A stretch of DNA of 39,810 nucleotides from a virus (Duplodnaviria > Caudoviricetes): the IMG/VR virus record IMGVR_UViG_3300025635_000056, positions 1 to 39,810 of that record; one strand, 5' to 3'. A program made the translations under genes and the position numbers. How positions within the stretch are numbered: the stretch's first letter is position 1; every line of letters starts with the position of its first letter. The notes below the pieces were generated by a model. It saw only the letters and a list, made by a program, of their open reading frames with translations. It was not told where the DNA came from and did no database searches. Below are positions 8,852 to 16,830 of the stretch, piece by piece.

Positions 8852-9300
8852 GGCGCGCCCTCAAGAGCATCGGCCGGTGGGCCGGCGGCGTCCTGCGCGT
8901 CTGGCTCGCGGTAGTGCTCCTGGTGGCGCTCACCGCTGGGCTGCCTCCGATGCCGGTGCCTGGGCTGCTGGCTCGCTACGTGACCATTCCCAACGCCTGG
9001 CGGATGTCGACTCAGGACGGCGCGTCGTTCCTCGACATCGGGACGAACGGTCAGTGGACGTGGACGATCAAAAGCGCCAACACCGAGATCGCCTTAATCG
9101 ACACCGGAGGCTACTCCCAGAAATACGGCTATCTCCGGCTGGCAACCTCGGCAAACACGGTCTCCCAGGCCGCAGGCGCCCCTGCCGCGGGGGAGTGTGA
9201 CGCGAGCACCGAAATAGGTCGCCTCTACATGGACACGACCAACAAAAAGCTGTACCTGTGCTTCGGCACCGCCGGCTGGTTCTCGGTCACGCTGACGTGA
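8848..9300 (+). CDS. Exported or membrane-anchored protein with a fibre-like C-terminal repeat
   Basis: Hydrophobic N-terminus (VWLAVVLLVALTA); C-terminal CDASTEIGRLYMDTTNKKLYLCFGTAGW resembles phage fibre repeats; 2 Cys. Confidence 0.55.
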   Translation: MRRALKSIGRWAGGVLRVWLAVVLLVALTAGLPPMPVPGLLARYVTIPNAWRMSTQDGASFLDIGTNGQWTWTIKSANTEIALIDTGGYSQKYGYLRLATSANTVSQAAGAPAAGECDASTEIGRLYMDTTNKKLYLCFGTAGWFSVTLT

Positions 9301-9310
9301 GGTAGTTTCG

Positions 9311-10594
9311 GTGCCTGGGCGCTCGCGCAACCCTCGCCTCGTCGGGGCCACAGGAGCCGCCGGCTCGGCAGGCCCTACAGGCCCAGGGTTCGCCGGCATC
9401 ATCGACGTCCGAGACTGGGACATCCTCGGCAACGGCACGGACGAGACGAGCAAGTGGCAGCGCCTCGCGGACTACTGCAGCCGTAGTCTCCCAGGCCCAA
9501 CCGGCGGACGCAGCGCTCGGCTCTACGCGCGCGCAGGAGACTACCGCTGCGGCACGGTGCACTGGTACGGGGGCTACTCGTTCGGGCTGATGCTAGAGGG
9601 CCCCCTGTTCGATGGCGGGGGCGGCGGCTCCGCGCTGTTCACGTACACAGGGGCGGACGGCGGCGAGCTCTTCAACTTCCACGGCGTGAGCAGCCTGGTA
9701 CTGCGGAATCTCGTGCTGACGTCCTCGAGCGCGAGCCCGCGGCTCGTGAAGTGGCAGCCGTGGAAACATCCCAGCACAAACGCAATCGTCACGGGGTGCA
9801 CGAACCTCCTGGCCGAGCGGTTGCGATTTGCCCTTCCGGCGTCGGGCGGTGATTGCTTTTCCATTGGCGAGGACACGTTCGACGGCAACACGTACCAGTG
9901 CGACTCCATCATGCTGCGCGATTGCGCTGGTTATGGGCACTGCGGCGTCAATGACATGGAGACCGACACGACGCTGCGGTTCGGTTCGTTCGTGAAGATT
10001 TGCTCGAGCGGCAACACCAAGAACCTGGTGATGGAGAACTGGACCGGCTACGGACTCAGCGCAATTTGGAACAGCGGTCCCTACGGCGGCAACTCGGGCG
10101 TCTGGAAGTGCTACGGCAATGTTCAGATGTCGAACATCACGAGACCCTTCCTGGTCGGCCCGGGCGTGGTGGAGATTGGCGACTGCCAGGTCGAGGGGTG
10201 CCGTGAGTTCGTTTTGCAATACGGGAGCGGCTCGAACACCATTTGTACCGTGCGGAATTGCGAGGTCTACGCCGAGCTGACCGAATCCCGGCGCTACGTG
10301 ATTTCGTACGGCGGACGGCTGCTCATTGAGGGGAGCCTGTTCTACGGCTCGCAGACAGGCGGCTCGGTGCTGCCGACGCTGCGCGAGTACGCGGCGGCTC
10401 CAGCCGGCAATCGAGTTTTGACTGTTCTGAACAGCCATTTCGAGGGCGGCGGCGCTGACCTGCCTGTTGAGTCCACCGGTGGGGCTGGCGCAGCCGTAAC
10501 AGCACTTGCCGCTGCCACCTCAATCGGCAACACTGGGGGTACGTATCCGTCCGCACAGACGCGGATGGCAAGTCGTCTTGGGGTGCAGTCGTGA
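9311..10594 (+). CDS. Putative beta-helix spike/depolymerase with a short collagen-like linker
   Basis: GXY triplets GAT-GAA-GSA-GPT-GPG, then IIDVRDWDILGNGTDETSKWQ...LYARAGDYR, a pectate-lyase-3-like start. Confidence 0.65.
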   Translation: MPGRSRNPRLVGATGAAGSAGPTGPGFAGIIDVRDWDILGNGTDETSKWQRLADYCSRSLPGPTGGRSARLYARAGDYRCGTVHWYGGYSFGLMLEGPLFDGGGGGSALFTYTGADGGELFNFHGVSSLVLRNLVLTSSSASPRLVKWQPWKHPSTNAIVTGCTNLLAERLRFALPASGGDCFSIGEDTFDGNTYQCDSIMLRDCAGYGHCGVNDMETDTTLRFGSFVKICSSGNTKNLVMENWTGYGLSAIWNSGPYGGNSGVWKCYGNVQMSNITRPFLVGPGVVEIGDCQVEGCREFVLQYGSGSNTICTVRNCEVYAELTESRRYVISYGGRLLIEGSLFYGSQTGGSVLPTLREYAAAPAGNRVLTVLNSHFEGGGADLPVESTGGAGAAVTALAAATSIGNTGGTYPSAQTRMASRLGVQS

Positions 10595-10998
10595 CCGACA
10601 GCGGTGAGGACAGGGTTGTCAGGCTCCTCGAGCGAATTCTCGAGGAGCTGCAGGAGAATCGCGAGGAGCACGGCCAGCTCAAGGATCGGCTTGCGGCGTT
10701 CGCCGGTCCGCAGCTGCCCGAGAACCTCACACGGCATTTTATCGAGGGAAATCAGATGGCGCCAGTCGTCGCGCAGTTGCCACAGATGCAGGCCCGGCAG
10801 CAGGACGTGATGGAGAGAATCGCAGACACGCAGGCTGAGATTGTTCAGCTGCTCCGCGAGGTGGCGGCTCGGCCTCAGGCGGTCGTCAAGGCCCCGTCGC
10901 GGTGGGGCGGCAAGGAGGTCGCGATGGTTGTCGGGGCGTTCGGCGTGGCGCTCGCGTCGATCATCGCCGCCGTGCTAAACGGGAGCCGGGGGTTCTGA
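10591..10998 (+). CDS. Coiled-coil protein with a C-terminal transmembrane helix (possibly holin-like)
   Basis: Charged helical N-terminus; hydrophobic VAMVVGAFGVALASIIAAVL. Confidence 0.5.
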   Translation: MTDSGEDRVVRLLERILEELQENREEHGQLKDRLAAFAGPQLPENLTRHFIEGNQMAPVVAQLPQMQARQQDVMERIADTQAEIVQLLREVAARPQAVVKAPSRWGGKEVAMVVGAFGVALASIIAAVLNGSRGF

Positions 10999-10999
10999 C

Positions 11000-11479
11000 A
11001 TGGCGGTCTCCACATTCGCGGTCGTCTATGGCGACATCCAGAGCCTGTACTTTCCCTCGAGCGCCGCGTTCTCTGGGAGCACCAAGCCCACCTCGACGAG
11101 CGTCACCACGATGATTTCGCAGTCGGCCGCGCGTGTAGCCGGCGCGCTCAAGGCCGTAGGGTTGAGCGCCGCGACGCTGTCAACAGACGCGGGGGCCACG
11201 TACCCAGCGGCCTACGCGAGCTGTCAGCACGTCATCATGATGGGTGCAGCCATCGCGGTCTATCGAGCGATGGCTGGACAGCTCCCGACCGGGCTGCTCG
11301 AGGAGTACGAGGCTTGGTTCACTCGGCTCTCGGAGCTCGGCGCCGAGGCGTTGGGCGACGCACCCACCCCCGACAATCTGCCGTTCCGTTCGCACGTGGT
11401 GACGGACGACCTCGACACGGGCGACGTTGAGGACTCCTCCGACGCTGTCCCTGAGTTCCGAGCGAGCGATCTGCTGTGA
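11000..11479 (+). CDS. Head-tail adaptor/head completion protein
   Basis: Size and position at the start of the neck module. Confidence 0.6.
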   Translation: MAVSTFAVVYGDIQSLYFPSSAAFSGSTKPTSTSVTTMISQSAARVAGALKAVGLSAATLSTDAGATYPAAYASCQHVIMMGAAIAVYRAMAGQLPTGLLEEYEAWFTRLSELGAEALGDAPTPDNLPFRSHVVTDDLDTGDVEDSSDAVPEFRASDLL

Positions 11480-11931
11480 CAGTCAAGGTCGAAATCAAGG
11501 GCATCGACAAGCTCGTGCCCCAGCTGCAGCGCCTCGGCAAGGCCGGCGAGGATGCGGCCGTCGCTGCTATCGCCGAGATGGGCCACGACATCGCCAAGGA
11601 GGCCACAAGGCGCGTGCCCGTGGTGACCGGCATTCTGCGCGGCTCGCTGCTGCTCGACACGCGCAAGCCTAAGGATTTGCGCCTTGAGTACCACGCCCCC
11701 TACGCGGTGTTCGTGCACGAGCGCCCCGAGGGCCGCGGATACAAGTGGCTGGCGCGCTCGGTCGCCGCGGTGCTGGGCGCCTCGCTGGAGAAAGCGCGCG
11801 GCCGCATTCGGCGAGCAGTGCAAACCCTTCGAGCCGATGCCTACCGCGCGCCCGCGAACCCCGCCCCCAAAGGCGGCGGAAGCGGCGGGGGTGGCCTGGC
11901 GTTTCTGAAGCGCATCAAGAAAAAGCGCTGA
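11476..11931 (+). CDS. Neck protein, HK97 gp10-like
   Basis: VEIKGIDKL, VPVVTGILRGS, YAVFVHE and YKWL motifs. Confidence 0.85.
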   Translation: MTVKVEIKGIDKLVPQLQRLGKAGEDAAVAAIAEMGHDIAKEATRRVPVVTGILRGSLLLDTRKPKDLRLEYHAPYAVFVHERPEGRGYKWLARSVAAVLGASLEKARGRIRRAVQTLRADAYRAPANPAPKGGGSGGGGLAFLKRIKKKR

Positions 11932-11934
11932 TTT

Positions 11935-12363
11935 ATGACGATTACCCTGAAAAATCTCGCGTCAGACCTGGTCTCTGCCCTCGACGGGCAGACGGTCGGA
12001 GGTGTCGTCCTGACGAGCGGGACGAATCTGTTCTACGCGTGGAGACCGCCGCAGATGCAGGGGCTAACCGTCCAGTTGTTCAACGACGATGCTCGTCGTC
12101 CAGAACCGTACCTGTCGCCGACCGCAGCTGCGATGTTCTACGCGCGCGCCCAAATCCTGGTGCGTTCGCCACCTGGGGAGGACGGGTTCACGCAGGGGGA
12201 GACGCTGGCCAGGGGGCTCATCGCGTTTTTCCAGCAGCGTTCCGTGAGCGGCTACGTCTCAGTCACCTCGCAGAATTCGGCGCCGCTCTACGCCACCGGG
12301 CCAGATGAGGCTAGCCAGCGGCACGTGTTCTCATGTAACGTCGAGGCGTCCTACTCCACCTAA
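11935..12363 (+). CDS. Tail terminator/tail completion protein
   Basis: Precedes the tail tube; GTNLF, AQILVRS and RHVFSCN motifs. Confidence 0.7.
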   Translation: MTITLKNLASDLVSALDGQTVGGVVLTSGTNLFYAWRPPQMQGLTVQLFNDDARRPEPYLSPTAAAMFYARAQILVRSPPGEDGFTQGETLARGLIAFFQQRSVSGYVSVTSQNSAPLYATGPDEASQRHVFSCNVEASYST

Positions 12364-12376
12364 CGGGTGAACGTCA

Positions 12377-12781
12377 ATGGCTGCTATCGCCGGTCACAGT
12401 ACGAAGGTCAGCAACGCTCTCACCGACATCGCCGGCGACGAGCTCGACGGCATCAAGTCTATCGACTGGGGCGATGCCGCCGACCTGATCGACACCACGG
12501 ATTTTGCGGACACGTCGGGCTCGCGGGTGCGCGGCCTGCTCGGTCTGCAGGACCTCACGGTCACCATCTCCGGTGACTACACTGGCGGCACCGCGCAGGC
12601 CAGGTTTTTCACGGTCAAGGCCGCGGGGACGCTGGTCTACGTGCGGTTCCTGCCGAACGGCACCGCAGGCTTCAAGGCGGCCTGCAAGGTCGAGTCGATC
12701 AAGTTGTCGTCCTCGATTGACGGCGCCGTGCAGGTCGAGTTCGTTCTCAAGTTGGCCTCGGGTGCGGTCGGGACGGTGTAG
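12377..12781 (+). CDS. Tail tube protein
   Basis: IKSIDW...IDTTDF...LGLQDLTVTISGDY; position in the tail module. Confidence 0.8.
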   Translation: MAAIAGHSTKVSNALTDIAGDELDGIKSIDWGDAADLIDTTDFADTSGSRVRGLLGLQDLTVTISGDYTGGTAQARFFTVKAAGTLVYVRFLPNGTAGFKAACKVESIKLSSSIDGAVQVEFVLKLASGAVGTV

Positions 12782-12783
12782 CC

Positions 12784-13464
12784 GTGACGGCCTACGTCGG
12801 GTTCACTAGCAGCATCAAGCTCAGCGGCACATCGACTGCGATGACCGCCGAGCCGTGCTCGTCGCTGACGTCGACCACCTATCGCGTGACGAGCGCGACC
12901 AAGCGGCACCTGGATCCGGCCGTTGCCATGATCGTCTACGACGGCGGCGTGGCTGTCGCGTTTGCCTCGGTAGCGGTGAACTGCGCCACCGGCATCATCA
13001 CGTTCGATTCGCCGCCAGCTGGAGCAGTGACCATCGATGCGAACTACCTGCCCATGCTGAGCATGGCCGATGTGCGAGGCTTCGAGATCAACATCGGTGG
13101 GGAGTTGCTCGACTCGACGGTGATGGACACAGCCACCACCTCGCGCGCACGCATCCAGGGCCTGGTCGACGTGCGCGGGACGGTCGAGGGGCTCGACAAC
13201 CTGCGCACGGACATTGACTCCGGCGGCGGCACTGTTGTGCCGTTCACGGATTTCCAGGCCGGCACCTACAAACTCCTGACCATCGCGCTCGGTTCTAGCG
13301 GCGCGTATTTCGCGGCGTTCGTGAAGTTCGACAACGTCAAGCTGGGGTCTACCCCCGAGGACCTGTTCAAAGCCGAGCTGTCATGGAGCTTGGCTGGGCA
13401 CCCGGGAGTCACTAACGGCAGCGCCGCCAACGAGTCGCAGAGCTGGGGATTCAGCACGTCGTAA
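12784..13464 (+). CDS. Second tail-tube-like protein with an inserted domain
   Basis: C-terminal half (VRGFEINIGGELLDSTVMD...IQGLVDVRGTVEG) aligns by eye with the preceding tube protein. Confidence 0.65.
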   Translation: MTAYVGFTSSIKLSGTSTAMTAEPCSSLTSTTYRVTSATKRHLDPAVAMIVYDGGVAVAFASVAVNCATGIITFDSPPAGAVTIDANYLPMLSMADVRGFEINIGGELLDSTVMDTATTSRARIQGLVDVRGTVEGLDNLRTDIDSGGGTVVPFTDFQAGTYKLLTIALGSSGAYFAAFVKFDNVKLGSTPEDLFKAELSWSLAGHPGVTNGSAANESQSWGFSTS

Positions 13465-13476
13465 GAGGAGTACACA

Positions 13477-13836
13477 ATGAGCGACCCACAGCAGGACGCG
13501 CGAGCGATCGCGCTGAGCACCAACCACGTCGTCCGCACCATCGAGTTCAAGGGCGCCAAGTTCGACGTGCGCGCCCCGACGTTGGGGGCCTCGCGGCGGG
13601 CAACACGGATGGCCACCGACCCCAAGACCAAGGAGACCGACGCCGTCCGGCTGATGGTGTTGCTGGTCATCGCCTGCACGTACCACCACGGCAGCGAGGA
13701 CAAAGTCTACCAGGCAGCCGATGAGGATACGCTGCTCGACAGCCCTACGGTCCCCGGCACCATGCTGTACCTGGTGACGTCGGCCTTGCGCGAGATGTCC
13801 GAGACCCCGCCGGAGGTGGTCAAGCAGGATTTTTAG
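13477..13836 (+). CDS. Tail assembly chaperone (gpG-like)
   Basis: Between tube and tape measure genes; GAGGAG RBS; ends at slippery GAT TTT TAG. Confidence 0.8.
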   Translation: MSDPQQDARAIALSTNHVVRTIEFKGAKFDVRAPTLGASRRATRMATDPKTKETDAVRLMVLLVIACTYHHGSEDKVYQAADEDTLLDSPTVPGTMLYLVTSALREMSETPPEVVKQDF

Positions 13837-14000
13837 CGGACCCCGTAGAGCGCGCGCTATACGCCATCGCGCGCGAGCTCGGGGTGCTGCCCAGCGAACT
13901 AGCAGATCGACTCACGATTGTCGACCTGATACGGTGGTCGGCGGTATTCGACGAGGAGCGTAAGACCCTCGAGAAATCGGCGAGCCGTGGCAACCGTTGA
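13830..14000 (+). CDS. -1 frameshift extension of the tail chaperone (gpT-like)
   Basis: The -1 frame from TTTTT (13830-13834) is open: FLADPVERALYAIARELGVLPSELADRLTIVDLIRWSAVFDEERKTLEKSASRGNR*. Confidence 0.8.
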   Translation, partial: FLADPVERALYAIARELGVLPSELADRLTIVDLIRWSAVFDEERKTLEKSASRGNR

Positions 14001-16008
14001 GAACATCGCGGTACAGATTACCGCCAACGTCAAGGGCTTCCTCGACGCGCTCGAGAGCGCTGCCAAAGCGGTCAAGAAGTTCTCGCGCGACGTGACTCAG
14101 GCCGCTGGTGTGGTGGCGGCGCTGGGCGCGGCGGCTGTGCAGATGGCCCGAGCGTTCGACTCGGACGTCAACCGCGCTGTCCATCGTTCGCTCGACGGGC
14201 TGCAGGTACTAGCCAACAGCCTCGCGCGTGAGCTCATCCCGATGCTCAATCGAGCGGGCGACGCCGTGCAGGGGCTGGTGATTTTCTGGCAGTCGCTGTC
14301 CAGTGAGCAGCGCGCTCTCATCGCAGACACCATCGAGCTGGCCGCCAAAATCGCGCTCATCGCCGGCGCGACCTCTCAGGTGATGGAACTCGTCGAGGCG
14401 TTCGCCGAGTTCGGTGCTGCGCTGCTCCCGATTCTCGGTCCGCTGACCGCGGTAGCTGCGGCCGTGGTGGCCATCATTACACTAGTAGGTGCCCTCAAAC
14501 GCGTAGGCACCTCGGTCGGCGACGTGTTCGCTGAGTGGGGCAGGCGCCTCGCCCCGGTGCTCGAGGGGGCGAAGAGCGTCATCGGCTTGGTGGCCGAGAA
14601 AACAGGTATCACGCAGGGCCTCAAGGATCTCAAGGCCTACGGCGCGCAGGCAGCCGCGAACGCTCCCGCCAGCGCAGCCGGCACGCTGCCTCACATCGTG
14701 GCGACGATGCTGTCGGAGATACCGACCAGCGGTAAGGAGTTCGCCGAGGTGGCGTCGGCCGCTGCCGACGATCTCAAGACGTCGTTCCTCACCGGCGCTG
14801 ATGAGATCAAAGGCCTGTTCGGTGGCATTGGCGACAGCCTCGGTGGGTTGCTCGACAAGTTCAAGGCCAGCATGGTTGCCGGCAAGGGAAAGCATGCCGG
14901 CGAGGGGCTCGGCACCGCGGTGTTCTCCGCAGTAGGAGACACGAGCGCGCGGGAGTTCCAGGACGCCATCAGAGCCGGGTTCAGCGATTCGATCGGACGA
15001 GACCTGGCCATGCAGCGGATCTCGGCTGCTAACCAGGGGCGCCCGGACATTGGTGTTCCGTGGGGCGCCGGTGGCCAGCAGTTTGCTGCGGCTGGCATGG
15101 GCGCTGTGCTCAACAGCGGAGGCAACGTCTCGGCGGTCGCCAACGGCGCAGCGCAGGGCGGCTGGATTGGCGCCATCGTCGCGCTCGTGGCGCAGAGCAA
15201 GCAGTTCGGTCACGCGATGGACGCGCTGAACCAAATGCTGCAGATTCTCGCCGACACGATGGGCGAGCTGGCCTCCGGTACTCGCGCGGTCATTGGTGGC
15301 GCGATGAACCAGACGCGCCAGCTGAGCCAGTTCCTAGGCCCGCTGTTCGGCGCGATTGGCAAGCTCCTCGAACCGCTGGGCGTGATGAACCAGCAGCTTT
15401 CGATGGTGACGCAGCTGCTGGCCCCCGTGTTCCAGGCGCTGGCATTCGTCGTCGACATCATCGCGCAGGGGAGCGAGATGCTCTCGCGCGGTCTGTTCGA
15501 GGTTTGGCGGGGCGTGGCCGACGTGCTTGGCGGTTTCGCCGTGGCTGTCGGCAACGTGTGGAACGCGATCGTCGGCGCGTTGGCTGGGCTGCTCGAGACG
15601 ATTGGTGCCGGCGGCTGGGCGGACGGTCTGCGCAAGATGACCGTCGACGTCGACGCGGTAGGGGCAGCGTTCGCCGCCATTCGCGACACCACGTACGACC
15701 AGGCCAAGGCCAAGGCGCTCGAGACCGACGCAACGCTTGCCGCCACCGCAGCCATCAGCGAGTTCTCGGAGTCGTTGACCAACGTGCCTCAGGGCTTCAA
15801 AACCGCTGCGGCCAGGTTCGGCGCGATGGACGCTCAGGGCGCCGCGGCTGTGTCCAGCGTCGGCGTGGACGCCTCGTCGACGAACGTCAGTGTCACCGTG
15901 ATGGTCGGCGGCAAGGAGATGGCCGACGTGGTCGAGGACGTGCGCGTGAGCAAGACGTTCCAGCGCACCGGTAGACGGCTGGGCAAGTTCGGCGTGGGGG
16001 ACAACTAG
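13987..16008 (+). CDS. Tape measure protein
   Basis: 673 aa, Ala/Gly-rich and helical; ENIAVQITANVKGF start; follows the chaperones. Confidence 0.9.
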   Translation: MATVENIAVQITANVKGFLDALESAAKAVKKFSRDVTQAAGVVAALGAAAVQMARAFDSDVNRAVHRSLDGLQVLANSLARELIPMLNRAGDAVQGLVIFWQSLSSEQRALIADTIELAAKIALIAGATSQVMELVEAFAEFGAALLPILGPLTAVAAAVVAIITLVGALKRVGTSVGDVFAEWGRRLAPVLEGAKSVIGLVAEKTGITQGLKDLKAYGAQAAANAPASAAGTLPHIVATMLSEIPTSGKEFAEVASAAADDLKTSFLTGADEIKGLFGGIGDSLGGLLDKFKASMVAGKGKHAGEGLGTAVFSAVGDTSAREFQDAIRAGFSDSIGRDLAMQRISAANQGRPDIGVPWGAGGQQFAAAGMGAVLNSGGNVSAVANGAAQGGWIGAIVALVAQSKQFGHAMDALNQMLQILADTMGELASGTRAVIGGAMNQTRQLSQFLGPLFGAIGKLLEPLGVMNQQLSMVTQLLAPVFQALAFVVDIIAQGSEMLSRGLFEVWRGVADVLGGFAVAVGNVWNAIVGALAGLLETIGAGGWADGLRKMTVDVDAVGAAFAAIRDTTYDQAKAKALETDATLAATAAISEFSESLTNVPQGFKTAAARFGAMDAQGAAAVSSVGVDASSTNVSVTVMVGGKEMADVVEDVRVSKTFQRTGRRLGKFGVGDN

Positions 16009-16830
16009 ATGGCCTACCTCACGCTCAATGGGATCGAGGTGCCTGTTGCGGTAGACTCGTGGGAGGAGTCCTCCGCTGATCTGGGGTCGACTGATCGCGC
16101 GTTCTCGGGGTATCTGCGCCGCTCTCGTCGATCGCGTCTATTTGCGGCGTCGTTCCGCACTACGCCGCAGCCCATCGCCACAGCTCGAGCGTTTCAGGCG
16201 CTCATCGAGCGGCGCTATCACTGGTGGGATTTTGAGGCTGGCACAACCTCTGGCTATTACTCTAGCCAGGGGCTCGGCTACACCAGCAAATCCAACATCG
16301 TCGTGAATACCAGTGTGCCTCACTCAGGCACCTACGAGCTGCTAGCCAGCGCGAATCCGTTCAGCATCGTCTACGACGCCTGGGACAACTCAAGCGCATA
16401 CACCTGGGCCGGGTGGGTTCGATCGCCGACGTACAATCATTACGTGGTCGACAGCACCGGCGCCAAGTGGCAGGACGGTGTCACCTACGGAGGCTCGACC
16501 CCGTTTCTGAGTCTCTCGACCTCTGGGTTCACCCTCTCTCACGCGTCGGTCGGCTATGGGTTTGATGAAATTTTTGCGTTCCCGTTCGTGCTGCCCTCTG
16601 GCTGGGCGGCGCAGCTCTACGCCTTCGCCCCCATCTACGGCAAGTTGCAGCTTGGCGGTGCACTACACGCCAAAGGCGACGCGTTGACAGGCTGGAATTA
16701 CGACGGGCTCGTAGCCGTGTCCGGTCAATGTCGACTCAGGCAGATCCGTGTTTACGGCGCTGTCTACGGCGTGCTCGATGTCGAGCTCCGTGAGATCGCG
16801 CACCTCACCGGCGTGGGGTACTCGGATTGA
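16009..16830 (+). CDS. Distal tail (Dit-like) protein with an inserted lectin-like domain
   Basis: First gene after the tape measure; MAYLTLNG start; aromatic/Ser/Thr-rich middle (YTWAGW, YGFDEIF). Confidence 0.6.
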   Translation: MAYLTLNGIEVPVAVDSWEESSADLGSTDRAFSGYLRRSRRSRLFAASFRTTPQPIATARAFQALIERRYHWWDFEAGTTSGYYSSQGLGYTSKSNIVVNTSVPHSGTYELLASANPFSIVYDAWDNSSAYTWAGWVRSPTYNHYVVDSTGAKWQDGVTYGGSTPFLSLSTSGFTLSHASVGYGFDEIFAFPFVLPSGWAAQLYAFAPIYGKLQLGGALHAKGDALTGWNYDGLVAVSGQCRLRQIRVYGAVYGVLDVELREIAHLTGVGYSD

